DNA of 64,000 bases from Eledone cirrhosa. Taxonomy: Eukaryota. This document shows positions 15,001 through 30,000 of the stretch, piece after piece. How positions within the stretch are numbered: position 1 is the stretch's first letter; every line of letters begins with the position of its first letter. Position numbers and translations under genes: made by a program. The stretch spans positions 22,134,001 through 22,198,000 of the forward strand of contig OZ024753.1 of assembly GCA_964016885.1 (NCBI GenBank), read 5' to 3'. The notes under the pieces were generated by a model that was not told the DNA's origin, made no database searches, and worked only from the letters and a program-made list of their open reading frames with translations.

Positions 15001-18000
15001 GGTAGAGCGGTTAGAACGTCAGATAGAATGGTGGCGGTTAGAACGTCGGATAGAATGGTAGAGTGGTTGGAACGTCTGATAAAATGGTAGAGTGGTTGGT
15101 ACGTCTGATAGAATGGTAGAATTGTTAGAACGTCGGATACAAAGGTAGACTGGTTAGAACATCAGATAGAGTTGTTAGAACGTCCGATAGAATTGTAGAC
15201 TGGTTAGAACGTCAAATAGAATGGTAGAATGGTTAGTACGTCGGATAGAATGGTAGAGTGGTTGGAACGTCTGATAGAATGGTAGAGTGGTTAGAACGTT
15301 AGATATAATGGTAGAAAGGTTAGGACGTCGGATAGAATGGTAGAGTGGTTAGAACGACGGATAGAATGGTAGAGGGGTTAGAACGTCAGATAGAATGGTA
15401 GAGTGGTTAGAACGTCAGACAGAATGTAGAATGAGTAGAACGTCAGATAGAATGGTAGAGTGGTTAGAACGTCAGATAGAATGGTAGAATGGTTGGAACG
15501 TCTGATAGAATGGTAGAGTGGTTAGAACGTTAGATATAATGGTAGAAAGGTTAGGACGTCGGATAGAATGGTAGCGGTTAGAAGGTCCGATAGAATGGTA
15601 GAGTGGCTAGATGTGTCAGATAGAATGGTAGAGTGGTTAGAACGTCAGATACAATGTTAGAGTGGTTAGAATGTCAAATAGAATGGTAGAATTGTTAGAA
15701 CGTCGGATAGAAAGGTAGACTGGTTAGAACATCAGATAGAGTGGTTTGAACGTCAAATAGAATGGTAGAGTTGTTAGAATATCAGATAGAATGGTAGAGT
15801 GGTTAGAATGTCAGATAGAATGGTAGAGTGGTTAGAACGTCAGATAGAATGGTAGAGTGGTTAGAACATCTGATAGAATGGTAGAGTGGTTAGAACGTCG
15901 GATAGAAAGGTAGACTGGTTAGAACATCAGATAGAATCGTAGAGTGGTTAGAATGTCAGATAGAATGCTAGAGTGGTTAGGACGTCAGATAGAATGGTAG
16001 AGTTGTTAGAATATCAGATAGAATGGTGGAGTAGTTAGAATGTCAGATAGAATGGTTAGAACGTCGGATAGAATGGAAGAGTCATTAGAAGGTGTGATAG
16101 AATGGTAGAGGTTAGAACGTCTCATATAATGGTAAAGTGGTTAGTACGTCAGATAGAATGGTAGAGTGGTTAGAACGTCTGATACAATGATAGAGAGGGT
16201 ATAACGTCAGATAGAATGATAGAGCGGTTACGAGGTCTGATAGAATGCTAGTGGTTACAACGTCAGATAGAATCGTAGAGTGGTTAGAACGTCAGATAGT
16301 ATGGTAGCGTGGTTAGAACGTCCGATAGAATGGTAGAGGGGTTAGAACGTCAGATAGAATGGTAGAATGGTTAGAACGTCAAATAGAATGGTAGTGGTTA
16401 GAATTTCGGATAGAATGGTAGAGTGGTTGGAACGTCTGATAGAATGGTAGAGTGGTTGGAACGTCTGATAGAATGGTAGAATTGTTAGAACGTCAAATAT
16501 AATGGAAGAATGGTTAGAACGTCGGATAGAATGGTAGAGTTGTTAGAACGTCGGATAGAATGATAGAGTGGTTAGAACGTCAAATAGAATGCTAGAGTGG
16601 TTAGAACGTCGGATAGAATGGTAGAGTGGTTAGAACGTCTGATAGAATGCTAGAGTGGTTAGAACGTCAGATAGAATGGTAGTGAGGTTGGAACGTCAGA
16701 TAGAATGGTAGAATGGTTATAACGTCAGATAGAATGGTAGAGTGATTAGAACGTCAGATAGAATGGTAGAATGGTTGGAACGTCTGATAGAATGGTAGAG
16801 TGGTTAGAACGTCAGATAGAATGGTAGAATGGTTAGCACGTCAGATAGAATGGTAGTGGTTAGGACGTCGGATAGAATGGTAGAGTGGTTAGAACGTCAA
16901 ATAGAATGCTAGAGTGGTTAGAACGTCAGATAGAATGGTAGAATGGTTATAACGTCAGATAGAAGGGAAGAGTGGTTAGAACGTCAGATAGAATGTTAGA
17001 ATGGTTGGAACGTCGAATAGAATGGTAGAGTGGTTAGAATGTCAGATAGAATGGTATAATGGTTAGCACGTCGGATAGAATGGTAGTGGTTAGAACGTCA
17101 GATAGAATGGTAGAGTGGTTAGAGTGTCAGATAGAATGGTAGAGTGGTTAGAACGTCAGATAGAAGTGTAGACTGGTTAGAACATCAGATAGAGTGGTTA
17201 GAACGTCAGATAGAATGGTAGAGTTGTTAGAATATCAGATAGAATGGTGGAGTAGTTAGAACGTCAGAGAGAATGGCTAGAACTCCGGATAGAATGGTCG
17301 AGTCATTAGAACATTTGATAGAATGGTAGTGGTTAGAACGTCTCATAGAATGGTAGAGTGGTTAGTATGTCAAATAGAATGGTAGAGTGGTTAGAACGTC
17401 AGATACATTGGTAGTGTGTTTAGAATGTCTGATAGAATGGTAGAATGGTTAGAACAAATTATATAATGGTAGAATGGTTAGAACGTCAGATAAAATGGTA
17501 GAGTCTTTAGAACATCTGATAGAATGGTAAAGTGGTTAGAACGTCTGATTGAATGGTAGAGTGGTTAGAACGACTGATAGAATGGTAGAGTGGTTAGAAC
17601 GTCAGATAAAATGGTGGCGGTTAGAACGTCGGATAGAAGGGTAGAGTGGTTGGAACGTCTGATAGAATGGTAGAGTGGTTGGAACGTCTGATAGAATGGT
17701 AGAATTGTTAGAACATCAGATAGAGTGGTTATAATGTCAGATAGAATGATAGAGTTGTTAGAACGTCTGATAGAATGGTAGAGTGGTTAGAACGACGGAT
17801 TGATTGGTAGAGTGGTTAGAACGTCAGATAGAATGGTAGAATGGTTAGAACGTCAGACAGAATGGTAGAATGGGTAGAACGTCAGATAGAATGGTAGCGA
17901 TTAGAAGGTCAGATAGAATGGTAGAGTGGTTAGATGTGTCAGATAGAATGGTAGAGTGGTTAGAACGTCAGATACAATGTTAGAGTGGTTTGAACGTCAA

Positions 18001-21000
18001 ATAGAATGGTAGAATTCTTAGAATGTCGGATAGAAAGGTAGACTGGTTAGAACATCAGATAGAGTGGTTAGAACGTCAGATAGAATGGTAGAGTTGTTAG
18101 AATATCAGATAGACTGGTAGAGTGGTTAGAACGTCAGATAGAATGGTAGAATGGTTAGGACGTCGGATAGAATGGTAGAGTTGTTACAACGTCAGAGAGA
18201 ATGGTAGAGAGGTTAGAACATGATATATAATGGTACAGTGGTTAGAAAGCCAGAGAGAATGGTAGAGTGGTCAGAACGTCAGATAGAATGGTCGAGTGGT
18301 TAGAACGTCTGATATTATGGGAGAGTGGTTACAACGTCAGATAGAATGGTAGAGTGGTTAGAATGTCTGATAAAATGGTAGTGGTTAGAACCTCAGATAG
18401 AATGGTAGAGTGGTTAGAACCTCAGATAGAATGGTAGAGTTGTAGAATGTCAGATAGAATAGTAGTTGTTAGAACGTCAGATAGAATCGTAGGGTGGTTA
18501 GAACGTCAGGTAGAATGGTAGTGGTTAGAACGTCAGATAGAATCGTAGGGTGGTTAGAACGTCAGATAGAATGATAGAGTTGTTAGAATGTCAGATAGAA
18601 TGTTAGAGTGGTTAGTACGTCGGATAGAATGGTAGTGGTTAGGACGTCAGATAGAATGGTAGAGTTGTTAGAATATCAGATAGAATGGTGGAGTAGTTAG
18701 AACGTCAGATAGAATGGTTAGAACGTCGCATAGAATTGTAGTGGTTAGAACCTCTCATAGAATGATAGAGTTGTGAGTACGTCAGATAGAATGGTAGAGT
18801 GGTTAGAACGTCTGATAGAATGATAGAGTGGTTACGACGTCTGATAGAATGGTAGTTGTTAGAACATCTGATAGAATGCTAGAGTGGTTATAATGTCAGA
18901 TAGAATGGTAGAGTGGATAGAACGACAGATAGACTGGTAGAATGGTTAGAAAGTCAGATAGAAAGGTAGAGTGGTTAAAACATCTGATAGAATGGTAAAG
19001 TGGATAGAACGTTTGATAGAATAGTAGAGTGGTTGGAATGTCAGAGAGATTGGTAGTGGTTAGAACATCAGATAGAATGGTAAAGTGGTTACAACGTCAG
19101 CTAGAATGGTAGTGGTTAGAACGTCAGATAGAATCGTTGGGTGGTTAGATCGTCAGATAGAATGATAGAGTTGTTAGAACGTCAGATATAATGGTAGAAT
19201 GGTTAGAAGTCTGATAGAATGATAGAGTGGTTAGAACGTCAGATAGAATGGTAAAGTGGTTACAACGTCAGCTAGAATGGTAGTGGTTAGAACGTCAGAT
19301 AGAATCGTTGGGTGGTTAGATCGTCAGATAGAATGATAGAGTTGTTAGAACGTCAGATAGAATGGTAGAGTGGTTAGAACGTCGGATAGAATGGTAGAGT
19401 GGTTAGAACGTCAGATAGAATGGTAGAGTGGTTAGAAAGTCAGATAGAATGGTAGGTTTAGAACGTGAGATAGAATGGTAGTGGTTAGAACATAAGCTAG
19501 AATGGTAGAGTGGTTGGAACATCAGATAGAATGGTAGAGTCGTTAGAACGTCAGATATAATGGAAGAATGGTTAGAAGGTCGGATAGAATGGTAGAGTTG
19601 TTAGAACGTCGGATAGAATGGTAGAGTGGTTAGAACGTCAAATAGAATGGTAGAGTGGTTAGAACGTCAGATAGAATGGTAGAGTGGTTAGAACGTCAGA
19701 TAGAATGGTAGAGTTGTTCGAACGTCAGATAGAATGGTAGAGTTGTTCGAACGTCAGATAGAATGGTAGAATGGTTAGAACGTCAGATAGAATGGTAGAA
19801 TGGTTGGAACGTCTTATAGAATAGTAGAGTGGTTAGAACGTTAGATAGAATGGTAGAATGGTTAGAACGTCGGATAGAATGGTAGTGGTTAGAAAATCAG
19901 ATAGAGTGGTTAGAACGTCAGATAGAATGGTGGTGTAGTTAGAACGTCAGATAGAATGGTTAGAACGTCGGATAGAATGGTAAAGTGGTTAGAACGTCAG
20001 ATAGATTGGTAGAGTTGTTAGAACGTCCGATAGAATGGTAGAGGGGTTAGAACGTCAGATAGAATGGTAGAATGGTTAGAACGTCAGATAGAATGGTAGT
20101 GGTTAGAACGGCAGATAGATTGGTAGAGTTGTTAGAACGTCCGATAGAATGGTACAGGGTTAGAACGTCAGATAGAATGGTAGAATGGTTAGAACGTCAG
20201 ATAGAATGGTAGTGGTTAGAACGTCGGATAGAATGGTAGAGTGGTTGGAACGTCTGATAGAACGTTAGAGTGGTTACAACGTCTGATAGAATGGTAGTGG
20301 TTAGAACGTCAGATAGAATTTTACAGTGGTTAGAACGACAGATAGAATGGTAGAGTGGTTAGAACGTCAGATAGAATGGTAGAGTGGTTAGAACATCTGA
20401 TAGAATGGTAGAATGGTTAGAACGTCAGATAGAATTTTAGAGTGGTTAGAACGACAGATAGAATGGTAGAGTGGTTAGAACATCAGATAGAATGGTAGAG
20501 TGGTTAGAACATCTGATAGAATGGTAGAATGGTTAGAACGTCAGATAGAATTGTAGAGTGGTTAGAACATCTGATAGAATGGTAAAGTGGTTAGAACGTC
20601 TGATAGAATGGTAGAGTGGTTAGCACCTCTGATAGAATGGTAGTCTGGTTAGAACGTCAGATAAAATGGAAGTGGTTAGAACGTCAGATATAATGGTAGA
20701 GTGGTTAGAATGTCAGCTAGAATACGTAGAGTGGTTGGAACGTCAGATAGAATGGTAGTGGTTAGAACGTCAGATAGAATGGTAGAGTGGTTAGACCGTC
20801 CGATAGAATGGTAGAGTGGTTAGAACGTTAGATAGAATGGTAGAGTGGTTACAACGTCTGATAGAATGGTAGTGGTTAGAACGTCAGACAGAATGGTAGT
20901 GTCGTTACAACGACAGATAAAATGGTAGAGTGGGTAGAACGGCTGATAGAATGGTAGTGGTCAGAACGTCTGATAGAATGGTAGAGTGGTTACAACCACT

Positions 21001-24000
21001 GATAGAATGGTAGGCTGGTTAGAACGTCAGATAGAATGGACGTGGTTAGAACGTCAGATAGAATGGTAGAGTGGTTAGAACGTCTGATAGAATGGTAGAG
21101 TGGTTAGAACGTCAGATAGAATGGTAGAGTTGTTAGAACGTCAGATAGAATGGTAGAGTGGTTAGAACGTCAGATAGAATGGTAGAGTGGTTAGAACGAC
21201 AGATAGAATGGTAGAGTCGTTAGAACGACAGATAGAATGGTAGAGTGGTTAGAACGTCTGATTGAATGGTAGTGGTCAGAACGTCAGATAGAATGGTAGA
21301 GTGGTTAGTACTTCAGATAGAATGGTAGAGTGGTAATAACGTCGGATAGAATGGTAGTAGTTAGAACGTCAGACAGAATGGTAGAGTCGTTAGAACAAAA
21401 GATAGAATGGTAGAATGGTTAGAACGTCATATAGAATAGTCGAGTTGTTAGAACGACAGATTAAATGGTAGAGTGGGTAGAACGTCTGATAGAATGGTAG
21501 ATTGGTTAGAACTTCTGATAGAATGGTAGTGGTCAGAACGTCAGATAGAATGGTAGAGTGGTCAGTACTTCAGATAGAATAGTAGACTGGTAATAACGTC
21601 GGATAGAATGGTAGAGTGGTTAGAACGTCTATGTTGATAGTGGTTAGAACATCAGATTGAGTGGTTAGAACGTCAGATAGAATGGTAGAGTGGTTAGAAC
21701 GTCTGAGAGAATGGTAGAGTGGTTAGAACGTCAGATAGAATGGTAGGGTTGTTATAACGTCAGATAGAATGGTGGAGTAGTTGGAACGTCGGATAGAATG
21801 GTTAGATCGTCGGATAGAATGGTAGAGTGATTAGAACGTCAGATCGAATGGTAGAGTGATTAGAACGTCAGATAGAATGGTTAGAACATCGGATAGAATG
21901 GTAGAGTCATTAGAACGTCTGATAGAATGATAGTGGTTTGAACGTCTCATAGAATGATATAGTGGTTAGTACGTCAGATAGAATGGTAGAGTGGTTATAA
22001 AGTCGGATAGAATGGTAGAGTGGTTAGAACGTGAAATAAAATGTTAGAGTGTTAAGAACGTGTGATAGAATTGTAGTGATTAGAACGTCAGATAGAATGG
22101 TAGAGTGGTTAGAACGTCAGATAGAAGGATAGAGTTGTTAGAACGTCATATAGAATGGTAGAGTGGTTAGAAAGTTAGATAGAATAGTAGAGTGGTTAGA
22201 ACGTCTGATAGAATGGTAGAGTTGTTACAACGTCTGATAGAATGGCAGTGGTTAGAACGTCAGATAGAATGGTAGGGTGGTTATAACATCTGATAGAATG
22301 GTAGAGTGGTTATAATGTCTGATAGAATGGTAGTGGTTAGAACGTCAGATAGAATTATAGAGTGGTTAGAACGACAGATAGAATGGTAGAGTAGTTAGAA
22401 CGTCAGATAGAATGGTAGAGTGGTTAGAACATCTGATAGAATGGTAGAATGGTTAGAACGTCAGATAGAATGGTAGAGTGGTTAGAATGTCAGATAGAAT
22501 GATAGAGTTGTTACAACGTCTGATAGAATGGCAGTGGTTAGAACCTCAGATAGAATGGTAGAATGGTTAGAACATCTGATAGAATGGTAGTGTGGTTATA
22601 ATGTCTGATAGAATGGTAGAATGGTTAGAACGCCAGATAGAATTTTAGAGTGGTTAGAACGACAGATAGAATGGTTGAGTGGTTAGAACGTCTGATAGAA
22701 TGGTAGAGTGGTTAGAACGTCAGATAGAATGGTAGAGTTGTTAGAACGTCAGATAGAATGGTAGAGTGGTTAGAACGTCGGATAGAATGGTAGAGTGGTT
22801 AGAACGTGAAATAAAATGTTAGAATGGTAAGAACGTGAAATAAAATGTTAGAGTGTTAAGAACGTGTGATAGAATTGTAGAGGTTAGAACGTCAGATAGA
22901 ATGGTAGAGTGGTTAGAACGTTAGATAGAATGGTAGAGTGGTTAGAACGTCTGATAGAATGGTAGAGTTGTTACAACGTCTGAAAGAATGGCAGTGGTTA
23001 GAACCTCAGATAGAATGGTAGAGTGGTTAGAACATCTGATAGAATGGTAGAGTGGTTATAATGTCTGATAGAATGGTAGTGGTTAGAACGTTAGATAGAA
23101 TGGTAGAATGGTTAGAACGTCAGGTAGAATGGTAGAGTGGTTAGAACATCTGATAGAATGGTAGAATGATTAGAACGTCAGATAGAATGGTAAAGTGGTT
23201 AGAACATCTGATACAATGGTAAAGTGGTTAGAACGTCTGATAGAATGGTAGAGTGGATAGAACCTCTGATAGAATGGTAGGCTGGTTAGAACGTCAGATA
23301 GAATGGAAGTGGTTAGAACGTCAGATAGAATGGTAGAGTGGTTAGAATGTCAGATAGAATACGTAGAGTGGTTGGAACGTCCGATAGAATGGTAGTAGTT
23401 AGAATGTCAGATAGAATGGTAGAGTGGTTAGAACGTCAGATAGAATGATAGAGTTGTTAGAACGTCAGATAGAATGGTAGAGTGGTTACACCGTCCGATA
23501 GAATGGTAGAGTGGTTAGAACGTTAGACAGAATGGTAGAGTTGTTAGAACGTCATATAGAATGGTAGAGTGGTCAGTACTTCAGATAGAATAGTAGAGTG
23601 GTAATAACGTCGGATAGAATGGTAGAGTGGTTAGAACGTCTATGTTGATAGTGGTTAGAACATCAGATAGAGTGGTTAGAACGTCAGATAGAATGGTAGA
23701 GTGGTTAGAACGTCTGATAGAATGGTAGAGTGGTTTGAACGTCAGATAGAATGGTAGGGTTGTTATAACGTCAGGTAGAATGGTGGAGTAGTTGGAACGT
23801 CGGATAGAATGGTTAGATCGTCGGATAGAACGGTAGAGTGATTAGAACGTAAGATCGAATGGTAGAGTGATTAGAACGTCAGATAGAATGGTTAGAACGT
23901 CAGGTAGAATGGTAGAGTGGTTAGAACATCTGATAGAATGGTAGAATGGTTAGAACGTCAGATAGAATGGTAAAGTGGTTAGAACATCTGATACAATGGT

Positions 24001-27000
24001 AAAGTGGTTAGAACATCTGATAGAATGGTAGAGTGGATAGAACCTCTGATAGAATGGTAGGCTGGTTAGAACGTCAGATAGAATGGAAGTGGTTAGAACG
24101 TCAGATAGAATGGTAGAGTGGTTAGAATGTCAGATAGAATACGTAGAGTGGTTGGAACGTCCGATAGAATGGTAGTAGTTAGAACGTCAGATAGAATGGT
24201 AGAGTGGTTACACCGTCCGATAGAATGGTAGAGTGGTTAGAACGTTAGACAGAATGGAAGAGTTGTTAGAACGTCATATAGAATGGTAGAGTGGTTAGAA
24301 CGTTAGATAGAATGGTAGAGTGGTTAGAACGTCTGATAGAATGGTAGAGTTGTTACAACGTCTGATAGAATGGCAGTGGTTAGAACCTCAGATAGAATGG
24401 TAGAATGGTTAGAACATCTGATAGAATGGTAGAGTGGTTATAATGTCTGAGAGAATGGTAGTGGTTAGAATGTCAGACAGAATGGTAGAATGGTTAGAAC
24501 GTCAGATAGAATTTTAGAGTGGTTAGAACGACAGATAGAATGGTTGAGTTGTTAGAACGTCAGATAGAATGGTAGAGTGGTTAGAACATCTGATAGAATG
24601 GGAGAATGGTTAGAACGTCAGATAGAATGGTAGAGTGGTTACAACATCTGATAGAATGGTAAAGTGGTTAGAACGTCTGATATAATGGTAGAGTGGTCAT
24701 AACGTCGGATAGAATGGTAGTGGTTAGAACGTCAGACAGAATGGTAGAGTCGTTAGAACAGCAGATAGAATGGTAGTGGTTAGAAAGTCAGATAGAATGG
24801 TAGAATGGTTAGAACGTCAGATAGAATAGTCGAGTTGTTAGAACGACAGATAAAATGGTAGAGTGGGTAGAACGGCTGATAGAATGGTAGATTGGTTAGA
24901 ACTTCTGATAGAATGGTAGTAGTCAGAAGGTCAGATAGAATGGTAGAGTTGTCAGTACTTCAGATAGAATAGTAGAGTGGTAATAACGTCGGATAGAATG
25001 GTAGAGTGGTTAGAACGTCTGATATGTTGGTAGCGGTTAGAACATCAGATAGAGTGGTTAGAACGTCAGATAGAATGGTAGAGTGGTTAGAACGTCTGAT
25101 AGAATGGTAGAGTGGTTAGAACGTCAGATAGAATGGTAGAGTTGTTAGAACGTCAGATAGAATGGTAGAGTGGTTAGAACGTCAGATAGAATGGTAGAGT
25201 GGTTAGAACGACAGATAGAATGGTAGAGTCGTTAGAACGACAGATAGAATGGTGGAGTAGTTGGAACGTCGGATAGAATGGTAGAGTGATTAGAACGTCA
25301 GATCGAATGGTAGAGTGATTAGAACGTCAGATAGAATGGTTAGAACATTGGATAGAATGGTAGAGTCATTAGAACGTCTGATAGAATGATAGTGGTTAGA
25401 ACGTCTCATAGAATGGTATACTGGTTAGTACGTCAGATAGAATGGTAGAGTGGTTATAACGTCGGATAGAATGGTAGAGTGGTTAGAACGTGAAATAAAA
25501 TGTTAGAGTGGCAAGAACGTGAAATAAAATGTTAGAGTGTTAAGAACGTGTGATAGAATTGTAGTGGTTAGAACGTCAGATGGAATGGTAGAGTGGTTAG
25601 AACGTCAGATAGAATGATAGAGATGTTAGAACGTCATATAGAATGGTAGAGTGGTTAGAACGTTAGATAGAATGGTAGATAGAATGGTAGAGTTGTTACA
25701 ACGTCTGATAGAATGGCAGTGGTTAGAACGTCAGATAGAATGGTAGAGTGGTTAGAACATCTGATAGAATGGTAGAGTGGTTATAATGTCTGATTGAATG
25801 GTAGTGGTTAGAACGTCAGATAGAATGGTAGAATGGTTAGAACGTCAGATAGAATTTTAGAGTGGTTAGAACGACAGATAGAGTGGTAGAGTGGTTAGAA
25901 CGTCAGATAGAATGGTAGAGTGGTTAGAACATCTGATAGAATGGTAGAATGGTTAGAACGTCAGATAGAATTTTAGAGTGGTTAGAACGACAGATAGAAT
26001 TGTAGAGTGGTTAGAACATCTGATAGAATGGTAAAGTGGTTAGAACGTCTGATAGAATGGTAGAGTGGTTAGCACCTCTGATAGAATGGTAGTCTGGTTA
26101 GAACGTCAGATAGAATGGAAGTGGTTAGAACGTCAGATATAATGGTAGAGTGGTTAGAATGTCAGCTAGAATACGTAGAGTGGTTGGAACGTCAGATAGA
26201 ATGGTAGTGGTTAGAACGTCAGATAGAATGGTAGAGTGGTTAGACCGTCCGATAGAATGGTAGAGTGGTTAGAACGTTAGATAGAATGGTAGAGTGGTTA
26301 CAACGTTTGATAGAATGGTAGTGGTTAGAACGTCAGATAGAATGGTAGAGTGGTTAGAACGTCTGATGGAATGGTAGTGGTCAGAACGTCTGATAGAATG
26401 GTAGAGTGGTTAGAACCACTGATAGAATGGTAGGCTGGTTAGAACGTCAGATAGAATGGACGTGGTTAGAACGTCAGATAGAATGGACGTGGTTAGAACG
26501 TCAGATAGAATGGTAGAGTGGTTAGAACGTCAGATAGAATGATAGAGTTGTTAAAACGTCAGATAGAATGGTAGAGTGGTTAGACCGTCCGATAGAATGG
26601 TAGAGTGGTTAGAACGTTAGATAGAATGGTAGAGTGGTTAGAACGTCTGATAGAATGGTAGTGGTCAGAACGTCAGATAGAATGGTAGAGTCGTTAGTAC
26701 TTCAGATAGAATGGTAGAGTGGTAATAACGTCGGATAGAATGGTAGTGGTTAGAACGTCAGACAGAATGGTAGTGTCGTTAGAACGACAGATAAAATGGT
26801 AGAGTGGGTAGAACGGCTGATAGAATGGTAGTGGTCAGAACGTCTGATAGAATGGTAGAGTGGTTAGAACCACTGATAGAATAGTCGAGTTGTTAGAACG
26901 ACAGATAAAATGGTAGAGTGGGTAGAACGGCTGATAGAATGGTTGATTGGTTAGAACTTCTGATAGAATGGTAGTAGTCAGAACGTCAGATAGAATGGTA

Positions 27001-30000
27001 GAGTGGTCCGTACTTCAGATAGAATAGTAGAGTGGTAATAACGTCGGATAGAATGGTAGAGTGGTTAGAACGTCTGATATGTTGGTAGCGGTTAGAACAT
27101 CAGATAGAGTGGTTAGAACGTCAGATAGAATGGTAGAGTGGTTAGAACGTCTGATAGAATGGTAGAGTGGTTAGAACGTCAGATAGAATGGTAGAGTTGT
27201 TAGAACGTCAGATAGAATGGTAGAGTGGTTAGAACGTCAGATAGAATGGTAGAGTGGTTAGAACGACAGATAGAATGGTAGAGTCGTTAGAACGACAGAT
27301 AGAATGGTGGAGTAGTTGGAACGTCGGATAGAATGGTAGAGTGATTAGAACGTCAGATCGAATGGTAGAGTGATTAGAACGTCAGATAGAATGGTTAGAA
27401 CATTGGATAGAATGGTAGAGTCATTAGAAGTCTGATAGAATGATAGTGTTTAGAACGTCTCATAGAATGGTATACTGGTTAGTACGTCAGATAGAATGGT
27501 AGAGTGGTTAGAACGTCTGATAGAATGGTAGAGTTGTTACAACGTCTGATAGAATGGCAGTGGTTAGAACGTCAGATAGAATGGTAGAGTGGTTAGAACA
27601 TCTGATAGAATGGTAGAGTGGTAATAACGTCGGATAGAATGGTAGTGGTTAGAACGTCAGATAGAATGGTAGAGTGGTTAGAACGTCTGATAGAATGGTA
27701 GTGGTCAGAACGTCAGATAGAATGGTAGAGTGGTTAGTACTTCAGATAGAATGGTAGAGTCGTTAGAACAGCAGATAGAACGGTAGTGGTTAGAAAGTCA
27801 GATAGAATGGTAGAATGGTTAGAACGTCAGATAGAATAGTCGAGTTGTTAGAACGACAGATAAATTGGTAGAGTGGGTAGAACGGCTGATAGAATGGTAG
27901 ATTGGTTAGAACTTCTGATAGAATGGTAGTGGTAAGAACGTCAGATAGAATGGTAGAGTGGTCAGTACTTCAAATAGAATGGTAGAATGGTTAGAACGTT
28001 AGATAGAATGGTAGAGTGGTTAGAACGACAGATAGAATGGTAGTGTCGTTAGAACGACATATAGAATGGTGTAGGAGTTGGAACGTCGGATAGATTGGTT
28101 AGATCGTCGGATAGAATGGTAGAGTGATTAGAACGTCAGATCGAATGGTAGAGTGATTAGAACGTCAGATAGAATGGTTAGAACATCGGATAGAATAGTA
28201 GAGTCATTAGAACGTCTGATAGAATGATAGTGGTTAGAACGTCTCATAGAATGGTATAGTGGTTAGTACGTCAGATAGAATGGTAGAGTGGTTATTATGT
28301 CGGATAGAATGGTAGGGTGGTTAGAACGTGAAATAAAATGTTAGAGTGGTAAGAACGTGAAATAAAATGTTAGAGTGTTAAGAACTTATGATAGAATTGT
28401 AGTGGTTAGAACGTCAGATAGAATGGTAGAGTGGTTAGAACGTCAGATAGAATGATAGAGTTGTTAGAACGTCATATATAATGGTAGAGTCGTTAGAACG
28501 TTAGATAGAATGGTAGAGTGGTTAGAACATCTGATAGAATGGTAGGCTAGTTAGAACGTCAGATAGAATGGTAGTGGTTAGAACGTCACATAGAATGGTA
28601 GAGTGGTTAGAATGTCAGATAGAATACGTAGAGTGGTTAGAACGTTAGATAGAATGGTAGTGTTGTTACAACGTCTGATAGAATGGCAGTGGTTAGAACG
28701 TCAGATAGAATGGTAGGTTGGTTAGAACATCTGATAGAATGGTAGAGTGGTTATAATGTCTGATAGAATGGTAGTGGTTAGAACGTCAGATAGAATGGTA
28801 GAATGGTTAGAACGTCAGATAGAATTTTAGAGTGGTTAGAACATCTGATAGAATGGTAAAGTGGTTAGAACGTCTGATAGAATGGTAGAGTGGTTAGAAC
28901 GTCAAATAGAAAGATAGAGTTGCTAGAACGTCAGATAGAATGGTAGAATGGTTAGAACGTTAGATAGAATGGTAGAGTGGTTAGAACGACAGATAGAATG
29001 GTAGAGTCGTTAGAACGACATATAGAATGGTGTAGGAGTTGGAACGTCGGATAGATTGGTTAGATCGTCGGATAGAATGGTAGAGTGATTAGAACGTCAG
29101 ATCGAATGGTAGAGTGATTAGAACGTCAGATAGAATGGTTAGAACATCGTATAGAATAGTAGAGTCATTAGAACGTCTGATAGAATGATAGTGGTTAGAA
29201 CGTCTCATAGAATGGTATAGTGGTTAGTACGTCAGATAGAATGGTAGAGTGGTTATAATGTCGGATAGAATGGTAGGGTGGTTAGAACGTGAAATAAAAT
29301 GTTAGAGTGGTAAGAACGTGAAATAAAATGTTAGAGTGTTAAGAACTTATGATAGAATTGTAGTGGTTAGAACGTCAGATAGAATGGTAGAGTGGTTAGA
29401 ACGTCAGATAGAATGATAGAGTTGTTAGAACGTCATATATAATGGTAGAGTCGTTAGAACGTTAGATAGAATGGTAGAGTGGTTAGAACATCTGATAGAA
29501 TGGTAGGCTAGTTAGAACGTCAGATAGAATGGTAGTGGTTAGAACGTCACATAGAATGGTAGAGTGGTTAGAATGTCAGATAGAATACGTAGAGTGGTTA
29601 GAACGTTAGATAGAATGGTAGAGTTGTTACAACGTCTGATAGAATGGCAGTGGTTAGAACGTCAGATAGAATGGTAGGTTGGTTAGAACATCTGATAGAA
29701 TGGTAGAGTGGTTATAATGTCTGATAGAATGGTAGTGGTTAGAACGTCAGATAGAATGGTAGAATGGTTAGAACGTCAGATAGAATTTTAGAGTGGTTAG
29801 AACATCTGATAGAATGGTAAAGTGGTTAGAACGTCTGATAGAATGGTAGAGTGGTTAGAACCTCTGATAGAATGGTAGGCTGGTTAGAACGTCAGATAGA
29901 ATGGTAGTGGTTAGAACGTCACATAGAATGGTAGAGTGGTTAGAATGTCAGATAGAATACGTAGAGTGGTTAGAACGTTAGATAGAATGGTAGAGTGGTT

